Below are positions 21,056 through 33,668 of a stretch of DNA of 41,425 bases, one piece after another; positions within the stretch are counted from its first letter, which is position 1, and every line of letters starts with the position of its first letter. Under the pieces are notes generated by a model. That model was not told where the DNA came from. It worked only from the letters and a program-made list of their open reading frames with translations, and ran no database searches. This DNA is from Octopus sinensis. Taxonomy: Eukaryota. The DNA lies in the NCBI RefSeq assembly GCF_006345805.1, contig NW_021835442.1, forward strand, positions 1 through 41,425, read 5' to 3'. Made by a program: the position numbers and the translations under genes.

Positions 21056-24007
21056 TCACGAAAGATTTTTAGCAACTGCTATTTGGTGCATGAGAGAGTT
21101 CGATGCAGCTGCCCTCATCTGCACCTCCTGCCGTGAAGTTGGTTCATCTGGGACACCTGACAGGAAGAGATCCAGTTTCATTTTAAAGACATCTGCATCC
21201 ACCCCATGCAGGTCTCTCAGGTTCTTCGGGAGGATATTGAAGAGCTGTGGGCCACGGAAGCCCAGGCTATCACAGAATCTTGTCCTACATCTTGATGGCT
21301 AACTTGGAGTTCTAGGCACCACGCAGTGGCGCCCAGTTCTGGCATTTGCGTAACTCTCGATGCCAAAGTTTAGGACACGTCCCTCCAGGATCTTCCAGAT
21401 GTATATTATGGCATATCTTTCCCGCCTACGCTCCAAGGAATATAGTTTTAATCTCTTGAGTCTTTCCCAGTAGCTTACATTCTGCATAGTGGCTATCTTC
21501 TTCGTGTAGCTGCGTTGGATCGCCTCGAGCTCTGTGATCAACTTGACACTGGATGGTGACCATAACTGAGAGCAGTAGCCAAAGTGGCTTAGGACAAGTG
21601 TCCTCCAGAGGACCATCATGGTTTCTTGTTCTCTTGTCCTAAAGGTTCTGAGGTTCCATCCGGCCAGTCGTCTACATTTCATTGCCAATTTAGCAACATG
21701 TACACGAAAGGTTGCGTCATCACTCATGTAAATACCCAGGTCACGCACTGATTGTGTCTCTGGGATTGCTATTCCTCCGGGTCCAGTGTATTCATTGGGT
21801 ATTGCATTTAGTTTTGCATGCTGATAGTATAAAGCTTGAAACTTTTCAGCATTGAACTGCATGCTATTCTTTTCAGCTCACTTGTATATTTTGTCCAGCT
21901 CACATTGCAGGCGTTTAGTGTCTTCAGGGTTCTGTAGTGCCTGTGAAACTTTTGTATCATCTGCATAACTTGTGATCGTGGCTCTCTGCGTGGCTGAGGG
22001 CATGTCTGAGAGGGCCATTATGAACAGTAGTGGTCCCAAAACAGTGCCCTGCGGAACACCGCTCACTATTTGCGTGTTAATGGAAGTGGCCCCATTGGCT
22101 ACTACCACCTGACTTCTATCTTTCAGAAAGTCATGGAGCCATTCTCCCAGTTTTCCACCTATGTTGAGATCACGCCGTTTGTGACATATCATTCCATGAT
22201 CGACTTTATCAAAGGCCTTTGCAAAGTCGAGATATATCACTTCCACATCTGAGTGGTTGAGCTGCCGTTTCAAAACCCAGTCATAGTGCTGCAGGAGCTG
22301 AGTTAAACAGCTTCTCCCTGGTCGGAAACCATGGGTGTCGGGCAGCAAGTCATTCTCTTCAAGGAAGGTGATCAGTTTCCTTCTGACTATTCGTTCCATG
22401 ACCTTGCTGATGTGTGAGGTGAGAGAGATAGGTCTGTAGTTCTTGGCCTCCGCTCTGCTACCTCCTTTATAAATGGGGCATATTTTACCTTCCTTCAGTT
22501 TTCTTGGAAGTTTGCCAGCTGCAAGGAAGCTCTGAAAGATTAACTGCAGTTGTCTTGCTAGGACTCTCTTACATGCTTTTAGGAGGATTGCCGGGAATCC
22601 ATCGGGGCCAGTAGCTGAGTCTGTTTTCATTTCATCTATAGCCTTGATTACATCGTCTTCCTTTATATCGATGTAATTTATCGTCGCCGCCTCTGATTTT
22701 ATATCTGCAGTGGTAAAGAAGTCAGTTGGATTGGTGATTTGGAGATGCCCAAGGGGTGGAGTGAAAACACTCTTGAATTGCTCATTCAGTATTTCACTTA
22801 CCCTCATTGGTTTTCCTGTAAGTGTGCCATCCTTTTCAAGGAGTGGCCCTATTCTACAGTGTAAAGTAGCTGTTTCTTTGGCATACCTGTAGAAAGCTCT
22901 GGGGTTAGATTTTATGTTGTCTATAGCCCAGGCTTCTTTGTCTGCTCTTTCCTTTTCATGGGAGAGTTGCAGACAGTTTTCAATTTCCAACAGTTTTATT
23001 TTTAGGCGGGACTTTTCACTGCTTTCAATCTGTTTGTTTAGGCGATTTGAACTTTTTGTACGCCGTCTCATTAAAATTTTCCTCTCTCTGGGGATTTTGA
23101 TCTTGTGTACAGTGGCCTTTCTCTCTGGGACACATTTGTAGCATATGGCTTGTATTACAGACATGAATTGCTGAAGTTTCACGTCGATGTCTGGCGAGGA
23201 GAGACATTTAGGTCAGTTTTCTTTGAGGATCTCTTTCTCAATTTGTTTCCAGTTTGCCTTATGGTAGTTCAAGCTGGAAAGATTCTGAGGGTTTCTTGTA
23301 GGCTGCATGTCCGTGCTCTCTTTTGGCCCGTACATGGTCAGCTCTACCATGCTGTGATCCGAGAGTAGTGTCACTTTCACATTATGGATGGGATCCATGT
23401 CATTTGTGAAGCAGAGATCCAGTGTGTTACCTGCCCTGGTTGATTGGAGTATTACTTGCTCCATGTACAGGGTGTTGATGAGGTTCAGGAGGGACCTCGC
23501 CTGTCCTCGTTCACATCTTGTCATTCCTGGGAGAGAAAGGCCCTCGGGCCATCTGACATTGTGTAGATTGAAGTCTCCCATAAGAAGTACACTTATGTGT
23601 TGTTCTAATGTGATTAGAACTTCTTCTATTTTTATAAGGCAGTCTTCAAACTTGCCCACATGGCTTGGGGCATCTGGAGGACGATATCTAGCACACACAA
23701 CTACATCAAGTTGCTTTATATGTACAATTAGTGTGTCACACACCGAGTTTGAGTATGACAAAAGGTCCTGGGGTGTGAGGTCCTCCCGGATGTACATAGC
23801 AACTCCTCCATGACTCCTTTCTTTTCTGTCGGTCCGTAGTACAACATACTGTGGTATGTGTAATTCGGCATCTGCTATGTCCGGTTTCAGGTGCGTTTCC
23901 GTGAGTGCTATGCATAAGGCTTGATTGCATGCAACAAAGTCTCTCAAGAACGGGATTTTTGTCCTGTTACTGAGTGTTTGCAGTCCTCTGATGTTCAGTA
24001 GGAGCAT
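21056..24007 (-). pseudogene. LINE B ORF2 (APE + RT), disrupted
   Basis: MLLLNIRGL, ALTETHL, GDFNL, LDLCFT, SDH; [43 protein letters not shown]. Split across track ORFs 23213-24043, 21878-23182 and 21299-21862. Confidence 0.92.
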
Positions 24008-24971
24008 CGAGGTGAGGTGTATGCTGTTGCCGGCGGTGTCCACCTTGGGTCAGTTTGCAGTGGTGGTCTTGTATACTGTGGGTAGTCCCATCTGCGAGCT
24101 TGGGTTTGATGAAGCCAGGTTAGCTGCTGTACAATCTTTCTTTTGTGCCATGCATTGTGAACTGTGGGTAGTCCCATCTGCGAGCTTGAGTTTGATGGAG
24201 CCAGGTTAGCTGCGGTACAATCTTTTGTGCCATGCTCAAAAAAGATTCTTGTTCAGCAGCTGCCCTTTCAACAACACGTTGGCGGTTTGTGGCACGCACG
24301 ACATCTGCGTACCTCCACTTTGGGGCAGGTGGTGCGTGGTCCATCGCTTTTCCTTTCGGTGGTTGGTTTCTGCGACAGGGTCCCGGATGTGCAAAACGGC
24401 AGCCTGCACCTTCCTCTCCATGCCAGCAGGCACCTCTCAGGTAGAACCTACACACCCGTGTGCGCTGCTTGTTTCCATCCTTTTTGGTATATGGATAGTT
24501 AGGTTTGCTTCTATCCTTGGCTGTTTCGTTTTTTGGTTTTCCCTGAGTTTTAGTTTTAGTTTTTCCTCCTTTTTTGGTTCTTTCATATCCATGTCCATGG
24601 CTTTTGGTGCTGGTAGGAGGACCCGCACTTGGGTTTACCTCCCGGGCAGGTTTCTCACTGGAGTTTTCTTCCTGGGCGTCTACCAGGTGGGGGTGACCTT
24701 TTTCATCAGCGCCCGCGTCTCCATCCTTGCCATCTTTACTTTATTCGCTTCGTTCGCTCTCAAAGATGGCATCCAGCGTGTTAATGTGCGATCTGATAAG
24801 TGCGTAGGAGCGTATAAATTCTTGCTTCTTCCGCTCTATTTGAGCTGACGTCCTTTTGTATCCGCTGCTCATCAGCGCAGCCGTAATTATGTTATTCGGA
24901 TTTTCTCCGTCAGCGCACCGCCATCCTCTCAGGAACAACGCCAATTCGTCACTTTTCCAGGTTCTGGACAT
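23995..24971 (-). pseudogene. LINE B ORF1 (Myb/SANT-like + CCCH), disrupted
   Basis: MSRTWKSDELALFLRGW..ITAALMSSGYKRTSAQIERKK..Y; CRFYLRGACWHGEEGAGCRFAH (~24387-24452); an 86-bp-period duplication at 24075-24235 breaks the frame. Confidence 0.75.
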
Positions 24972-24981
24972 TCTTGATATT

Positions 24982-24984
<3 letters not shown>

Positions 24985-25035
<51 letters not shown>
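24985..25035. repeat. (ATCT)n / (GATA)n microsatellite just upstream of LINE B ORF1
   Basis: Direct reading. Confidence 0.95.
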
Positions 25036-25036
<1 letters not shown>

Positions 25037-25728
25037 AATATATTAATTTATATTAATCTAATAGTGCAATAGGGGGTAGGGAAGAAATAGAGAAAGAGAG
25101 CGTCTATGTACTTAAGGAGAGATTGAAAGAAGAGAGTAAGCCGAAAGAAGAGAGTAAGAAAGAAGAGGAAGAGGAGAGACTGAGAGCTGAAGGAAGAGAG
25201 AGAAAGCGTCTATGTACTTAAAGAGAGATTGAAAGCTGAAAGAAGAGAGGAGAGATTGAGAGCTGAAAGAGGAGAGTAAGAAAGAAGAGAGTAATGAAGA
25301 GACAAGGAGGTGCGTGAGGGAGAGAACTGAAGAGACAGAGAGAGAAGGAAGAAATAGAGAAAGAATATATATATCTCTCCGCAGAAAATTTCTAAACGAA
25401 ACTAATTGTACACACACATACACATATGCATACACATATATATACATACATATACACATATACACACGTGTGCACATATATAAACAAGAATAACAAATAA
25501 GTATATAAAGAAAAAAAGAGCTAAAAAACGGAAGCCAAGAGATTATTACAGACAATTTCTAAACGAAACTAATTGCACACACACATATACATATGTATAC
25601 ACACACATACACACATATGTATACATATATATATAACAAGCCAAGAGATTATTACAGAATATAAACAGAGAAAAAGAAGATATGTATCTGTAAACAGAAT
25701 TAACGATATATATATATATATATATATA

Positions 25729-25920
25729 TTAACGATAGATTATTACGATAGAATTACAGAATTAACGATAGAATTAACGATATATATATATATATTAACG
25801 ATAGATTATTACGATAGAATTACAGAATTAACGATAGAATTAACGATATATATATATATATTAACGATAGATTATTACGATAGAATTACAGAATTAACGA
25901 TAGAATTAACGATATATATA
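25729..25920. repeat. Three-copy 66-bp tandem repeat in the LINE B 5' region
   Basis: TTAACGATAGATTATTACGATAGAATTACAG starts at 25729, 25795 and 25861. Confidence 0.92.
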
Positions 25921-26387
25921 TGTATATAAACGATAGATTTTTACAGAATGTAAACAGATCTTACATTGATTTACGGGTAAATGAATTAATGTAAAAAGGG
26001 TACTTATCTGATAAAAGGTATACGTATTAAAGTAAAAATGGTACTTATCTTATAAAAGGTATACGAAGAGGTTTTTTCAATGAAAGAAAAGAAAAACGGT
26101 TCTTTTTGCTGTTAGAGTCGACTGGAAATAAATTTAGAAGATTTCACCACGTGCTAACTTCGACAGAGGAAAATCTGGCGTGCGTTATTGAACTTAAGTG
26201 TACAAACTTGACTTGTAGCAGAATATATTGCGGTTTTTAACCAAAATATCCACGTACACGTCTATAAGTTAACAATTTCTACGTTTTTTATGAGTTTTCG
26301 CCTATTATTTCGTCGATTTATGCAAACCTTCTTGTTTTTTTATCACAGAGCAAAGCAACACGTGTTTACTCTACGAAGCCGGAAGTC

Positions 26388-26398
26388 ATATATATATG

Positions 26399-26440
<42 letters not shown>

Positions 26441-26497
26441 ATATATATATATATATATATATATACATATGTATATATATATATATATATACATATG

Positions 26498-26529
<32 letters not shown>

Positions 26530-26731
26530 TGCATATATATATGTATATATGTATATGTATATATATATATGTATATATTATATATGTATATATATATGTC
26601 TATATATATATGTATATGTATATATATGTATAATATATATATATGTATATATATATATATTATATATGTATATAATATATATGTATATATATATTATATT
26701 ATATATGTATATATATAGTATATATATATAT

Positions 26732-26763
<32 letters not shown>

Positions 26764-26991
26764 ATATATGTATATATATATATGTATATATATATGATAT
26801 ATATATATATGTATATATATAATATATGTATATATATGTATATTATATATGTATATATGATATATATATGTATAATATATATATATGTATATATATGTAT
26901 ATATATGTATATATATGTATCTATATATATATATATGTAATATATATGTATATATATAATATGTATATATATATATATGTATATATATATG

Positions 26992-27042
<51 letters not shown>

Positions 27043-27633
27043 GTCAAAAATTGTGAAGCATGACTGTCAACACTACTACATGAACCCGAAGATTGCAGAA
27101 TTCAATGCATGAAAGTACTAGTTCAATCAGAATGAATATTTAACATTCTACTATTTCATTTTATTTTATTCAATTATAATATATTATCTTATAATATATC
27201 ATTATAAGATTGTAAATAAAACGTGAAAATCAGACAAGGTTGGAATTCTTTTTATTAATATATTCTTCTATACACAATCACACACACCCATATATATATA
27301 TGTATATATATATATATGTATATATTATATGTATATATATATATGTATATATAGATATGTATATATATATATATATGTATATATATATGTATATATATGT
27401 ATATATATGTATATTATGTATATATATATGTATATATATATAATATATGTATATATATATGTATATATATGTATATATATATGTATATATATATATGTAT
27501 ATATGTATATATATATGTATATATATATATATATGTATATATATATGTATATATATATACGTATATATATATATGTATATATATATGTATATATATATTA
27601 TATATATATGTATATATATATAATATATATATG

Positions 27634-27672
<39 letters not shown>

Positions 27673-27734
27673 GTATATATATATATGTGTATATATATAT
27701 ATGTATATATATATATGTATATATATATATATGG

Positions 27735-27772
<38 letters not shown>

Positions 27773-27893
27773 GTATTATATATATGTATTATATATGTAT
27801 ATATATATATATGTATATATATATATGTATATATATATGTGTATATATATGTATATATATATGTATATATATATATGTATATATATATATGTA

Positions 27894-27931
<38 letters not shown>

Positions 27932-28158
27932 GTATATATATATATATGTATATATATATGTATATATATATGTATATATATATGTATATATATATGTATA
28001 TTATATATATGTATATATATATATGTATATATATATGTATATATATATGTATATATATATATATGTATATATATATATGTATATATATATGTCTATATAT
28101 ATATGTATATATATATGTCTATATATATATGTATATATATATATGTATATGTATATAT
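26388..28158. repeat. Long (TA)n array interrupted mainly by TATGTA
   Basis: Direct reading. Confidence 0.95.
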
Positions 28159-30420
28159 GCTCTCTGCGTGGCTGAGGGCATGTCTGAGAGGGCCATTATG
28201 AACAGTAGTGGTCCCAAAACAGTGCCCTGCGGAACACCGCTCACTATTTGCGTGTTAATGGAAGTGGCCCCATTGGCTGCTACCACCTGATTGCTATTCT
28301 TCAGAAAGTTATGAAGCCATTCTCCCAATTTTCCAACTATGCCAAGATCAAGCAGTTTGTGACATATCATTCCATGATCGACTTTATCAAAGGCCTTTGC
28401 AAAGTCGAGATATATCACTTCCACATTTGAGTGGTTGAGCAGTTGTTTCAGCACCTAGTCATAGTGTTGTAGGAGCTGAGTTAAGCAGCTTCTCCCTGGT
28501 CGGAAACCATGTTGGATGTCAGGCAGCAAGTCATTTTCTTCAAGGAAGGTGATTAGTTTCCTTCTGACTATTCGTTCCATGACCTTGCTGATGTGTGAGG
28601 TGAGAGAGATAGGTCTGTAGTTCTTGGCCTCTGCTCTGCTACCTACTTTATGAATAGGGCATATTTTACCTTCCTTCAGTGTTTTTGGAAGTTTGCCAGT
28701 TGCAAGGAAGCTCTGAAAGAGGATCTGCAGTGGTCTTGCTAGGACTCTCTTACATACTTTTAGGAGGATTGCCAGGAATCCATCGGGGCCAATAGCTGAG
28801 TCTGTTTTCATTTCATCTATGGCCTTTATTACATCGTCTTCCTTTATATCGATGTAATTTATCGTCGCCGCCTCTGATTCTATATCTGCTGTGGTAAAGA
28901 TGTCAGTTGGATTGGTGATTTGGAAATGCCCGAGGGGTGGAGTGAAAACACTCTTGAATTGCTCATTCAGTATTTCACTTACCCTCATTGGTTTTCCTGT
29001 AAGTATGCCATCCTTTTCAAAGAGTGGCTCTATCCTACAGTGCACTGTAGCTGTTTCTTTGGCATACCTGTAGAAAGCTCTGGGGTTAGATTTTATGTTG
29101 CCTATAGCCCAGGCTTCTTTGTCTGCTCTTTCCTTTTCATGGGAGAGTTGCAGACATTTTTCAATTTCCAACAGTTTTATATATATATACACGTATATAA
29201 ATGTATATATATATGTATATATATATATGTATATATATGTATATATATGTATATATATATGTATATATATATATGTATATGTATATATGCTCTCTGCGTG
29301 GCTGAGGGCATGTCTGAGAGGGCCATTATGAACAGTAGTGGTCCCAAAACAGTGCCCTGCGGAACACCGCTCACTATTTGCGTGTTAATGGAAGTGGCCC
29401 CATTGGCTGCTACCACCTGATTGCTATTCTTCAGAAAGTTATGAAGCCATTCTCCCAATTTTCCAACTATGCCAAGATCAAGCAGTTTGTGACATATCAT
29501 TCCATGATCGACTTTATCAAAGGCCTTTGCAAAGTCGAGATATATCACTTCCACATTTGAGTGGTTGAGCAGTTGTTTCAGCACCTAGTCATAGTGTTGT
29601 AGGAGCTGAGTTAAGCAGCTTCTCCCTGGTCGGAAACCATGTTGGATGTCAGGCAGCAAGTCATTTTCTTCAAGGAAGGTGATTAGTTTCCTTCTGACTA
29701 TTCGTTCCATGACCTTGCTGATGTGTGAGGTGAGAGAGATAGGTCTGTAGTTCTTGGCCTCTGCTCTGCTACCTACTTTATGAATAGGGCATATTTTACC
29801 TTCCTTCAGTGTTTTTGGAAGTTTGCCAGTTGCAAGGAAGCTCTGAAAGAGGATCTGCAGTGGTCTTGCTAGGACTCTCTTACATACTTTTAGGAGGATT
29901 GCCAGGAATCCATCGGGGCCAATAGCTGAGTCTGTTTTCATTTCATCTATGGCCTTTATTACATCGTCTTCCTTTATATCGATGTAATTTATCGTCGCCG
30001 CCTCTGATTCTATATCTGCTGTGGTAAAGATGTCAGTTGGATTGGTGATTTGGAAATGCCCGAGGGGTGGAGTGAAAACACTCTTGAATTGCTCATTCAG
30101 TATTTCACTTACCCTCATTGGTTTTCCTGTAAGTATGCCATCCTTTTCAAAGAGTGGCTCTATCCTACAGTGCACTGTAGCTGTTTCTTTGGCATACCTG
30201 TAGAAAGCTCTGGGGTTAGATTTTATGTTGCCTATAGCCCAGGCTTCTTTGTCTGCTCTTTCCTTTTCATGGGAGAGTTGCAGACATTTTTCAATTTCCA
30301 ACAGTTTTATATATATATACACGTATATAAATGTATATATATATGTATATATATATGTATATATATATGTATATATATAAATATACACACACGCACGTAT
30401 ATATAGATACATATATATAT
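28159..30420 (-). repeat. Tandem duplication (period 1130 bp) of a doubly truncated family-B-like RT fragment plus TA spacer
   Basis: 28159-29180 and 29289-30310 appear identical. Track ORFs recur at an offset of exactly 1130. The fragment corresponds to about 21981-22999. Confidence 0.92.
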
Positions 30421-30461
30421 ATGCACGTATATATATATTTATATATATATGTATGTATATA

Positions 30462-30960
30462 AAAAGGGTTTAAGGACGGCATGGATCTCGGGGTAAAGAA
30501 ACTTTTGCTTCGAATCAAGCTGGATGGTGAACGAAAGTGTGGAGTGGAGTAAAAGCATTTGAAGTGTCCAGGATAATGATTGCAAGACTCAAAAGAGATG
30601 CAAGGAATAATGTTGCAATCAAGAAGGTTAATGATCATAACCCTTCGGTGTGCATAGTTTGTGAGAGACCTTGCCTTTCCTTTGCTGGCATCAAATTTCT
30701 TTCGTGAACACATGCAAAACGAACTTCCACCAACTATTCTACCTTTATGTCTGAGAACACCTTCGAATTCAATGTATAGCAGGATGTTTGCAAATTTAAC
30801 GGAGGCCTCAGGAGATATTTTAAGATCCACAAAGGTCATAAGTTATCTGCAGCTTTTGGTGGTCTAAACAAAATATACGCAATCTATGTGGGTTGTCTTT
30901 TCAGAACATTGTCTTGTTTAAAAAGCCACTTCAGATGGCAGGAAGCATAAAGAGTAGACA
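30462..30960 (+). mobile_element. Decayed 3' fragment of RTE(BovB-like) LINE with C-terminal C2H2-type fingers
   Basis: One + frame (not in the track, contains stops) reads [22 protein letters not shown]...KR..R, then [29 protein letters not shown] and C.FRTLSCLKSHFR. Confidence 0.65.
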
Positions 30961-30992
30961 ACCATTTCTTTTTTATTTATCTATTTATATAT

Positions 30993-31025
<33 letters not shown>

Positions 31026-31158
31026 GTTATATAGAGTGCATTATTACACATATATGCCACATGCTAGGAGGGACTCATAAAGTCAAAACTACTAAAATAA
31101 ATAAACATATCGTACCGAAACCAACTCTCGAAGCAAGTAATTTAAAAACAGAATTCAG

Positions 31159-31222
31159 CTGCATATCACACTGTGATTTCGTAATCAGTGCAGTGGTGTG
31201 CACTTTTCACTCCTCAGTGCAA
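31159..31222 (-). ncRNA. Type I hammerhead ribozyme (left arm), canonical core
   Basis: Reverse complement of 31738-31801, with no differences seen. Confidence 0.8.
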
Positions 31223-31456
31223 GCATAATTCAGGATATATAATGAATGAACAAAAACAACATACCAGGCGAACAACTGTCGTATCCAACGCAGCATGTAG
31301 AAATTTTCACCCCTTATACATCTATGTAAATGGCGAGCTTTTTCGAATTGCATTTCGGTAACAACGTGCTTATTCGGAATAAAATCTTCATACGAATTTA
31401 TCAAGTAGTTAGCATGAAATACCTCATAAGAGAAAAAATCCATCAATTTTTCCACT

Positions 31457-31538
<82 letters not shown>

Positions 31539-31737
31539 AATTGTAAATTTAACCAGAGTATATTCAATACTGAATTTTTATTCCGAATAAGCACGTTGTT
31601 ACCGAAATGCAATTCGAAAAAGCTCGCCATTTACATAGATGTACAAGGGGTGAAAATTTCTACATGCTGCGTTGGATACGACAGTTGTTCGCCTGGTATG
31701 TTGTTTTTGTTCATTCATTATAAATCCTGAATTATGC

Positions 31738-31801
31738 TTGCACTGAGGAGTGAAAAGTGCACACCACTGCACTGATTACGAAATCACAGTGTGATATGCA
31801 G
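31738..31801 (+). ncRNA. Type I hammerhead ribozyme (right arm), canonical core
   Basis: UUGCA CUGAGGA [GUGA-AA-AGUGCA-CACCAC-UGCACU-GA-UUAC] GAA AUCAC-AGU-GUGAU A UGCAG. All core nucleotides are present and stems I-III pair. Predicted cleavage is 3' of A31796 (AUA triplet). Confidence 0.82.
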
Positions 31802-31929
31802 CTGAATTCTGTTTTTAAATTACTTGCTTCGAGAGTTGGTTTCGGTACGATATGTTTATTTATTTTAGTAGTTTTGACTTTATGAGTCCCTCCTAGCATG
31901 TGGCATTTATGTGTAATAATGCACTCTAT

Positions 31930-31973
<44 letters not shown>

Positions 31974-31974
<1 letters not shown>

Positions 31975-32520
31975 CTCTTATTATAAAAGGCAGATTTTAT
32001 CTGCCTCCCTTTGTAACTTATAGAAATCTACAATATAGGATTTCTTCAATTACAATTTACCTAGCATTTTTAAGAGTAGAATGCATCGGGTCATGCCAGG
32101 TCCAGTTTTTAAAATTTAAACTCCAATTAAGCAAAATTTACAGACAACTCACATTCTGGTGTGTATGTCAAATGCTTTTCTACATGTGGTTTACACCACA
32201 CGCACACGCACACACACAGTGTGCAACGAATAAAATGAAAGTAAATAGCGACAGAGTGATTTGAGGAAGACTAAACTGAAAGTATTTAAACCACTACTCA
32301 AAAAATAAAAAAACACAGCAAACAGAAACAAATAAATACATAACGATTTACTCCTCACACAATTTCTTCAATTAGAGTTTACCTAAGATTTTTCAAAGTA
32401 CTCCATTCGGTCATGCCATAATATATTTCTTTCAATGTCACCCCCAATTAAGACAAAATTCGAGAAAACTCAATATTTTAACATTTCACTCCGAAAGCAT
32501 TGATGTACATGTGTGCGTGC

Positions 32521-32571
<51 letters not shown>

Positions 32572-33655
32572 ATGGGTTGTGCGACACAGAAAGTGTGGTG
32601 TGTAAGTGAAGTGCTTTTGTTAGTGTGTGTAAAGAGACAGACAGAGTGAAAGACAGAAATAACTGAACTTTTTTTATTCACTTTTTGTAGTGAGTGACTG
32701 AGAGAGAAAAGAGAGAGAGAGGTTATGTATGTATATATGTATGTATGGCTTCAGTGACACACACACACAAAAACACATACCTACGTACACCTAAAGCACG
32801 CACACACACACACACAAGTGGAGCGCGAACTTCAAAATTTTGGTAGTATTAATTTGCGAGCGTACTTCTAAGCGCGCGTAATTGAAAGTTTTCACTATGA
32901 TATCATCACGTGCGAAAAAATTCGAAGGGTTTTGAACAATTGAGATACAGATGTCACGCCTGTATTGAAACCATTGCTAAGCTGCCGTAATTGCTTAATT
33001 AAGACTTTGTTTAAATTGAAAGGGGCAAATATGTGACGAGGTTGAAAAAAAATACCCCAGAAAAAAAAATGTACTGCTGGTATTTATATAATTCACTACT
33101 ATTTTGCTACAATGTCATGAAAAAGAAAAAATTTAGGTATGTAAATCGAATTCGCCACCACCTTTTCCCCGTTCGCGTTTGTGTAAAAAAAATTATTATT
33201 TAAGTTTTAAAAATTATTTACTTTGTTCAAAAAATATTAATATTAATTAATTTTCAAGAATTATTTAATTTTATTCTGTAAAATAGTAATTAATTCATTT
33301 ATCTGTAAATCCGCGAGGTTGTTACTCAGGCACCTAGAATGGTAACCTTCAACTAACACTATCTCCTCCGAGACCCTGCGGCGCAAGTTGACCAAAATTG
33401 AGAGTATGGTAGAAGGGTTGCTCTTCCTTCCGTAGAACATAAAATTCAAATCGGACCATGTTAACACCAAAAATTATTTACATCAAAAAGATGCTTTTTC
33501 CTATGAAAATCCCTATTTTTTACGATTTTTTCACTGCTGTGTCGCCACTTTTCGGTGTATTTCGACCAGAAAAATGTTCACAAAATTTTTACTTTTCAAA
33601 ATTACAATTCCAGCGGGTCGAAACAAACCCGAGCAACGCCGGGCGATACTGCTAG
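31974..33655 (+). mobile_element. Non-autonomous Helitron-like element
   Basis: 5' TCTCTTATTATAAAAG after an A. 3' GC-rich hairpin CCCG-AGCAACGC-CGGG, then CTAG (33652-33655) before a T. No TSD seen. Internal (GT)n/(GA)n tracts and a degenerate internal repeat (CGGTCATGCCA..CCAATTAAG near 32085 and 32408). Confidence 0.65.
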
Positions 33656-33668
33656 TATATATATATAT

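Larger units (their letters stand above)
20966..26387 (-). mobile_element. Near-full-length CR1-group LINE (family B): ~1.4-kb 5' region, ORF1, ORF2, stem-loop and (AATC)n tail
   Basis: ORF motifs; (TTGA)n on + at 20966-20987; sharp boundary with (TA)n at 26387/26388. Confidence 0.88.
31025..31935. mobile_element. Foldback element: 360-bp inverted arms (3 mismatches counted), 191-bp spacer containing (TA)n, hammerhead in each arm
   Basis: 31025-31384 is the reverse complement of 31576-31935. A third partial copy lies at 33669-33858. Confidence 0.85.

Noticed and set aside
30291-30839. 182-aa minus-strand ORF as a host gene
   Set aside because: Antisense to the RTE remnant, and its tail runs into TA repeat.
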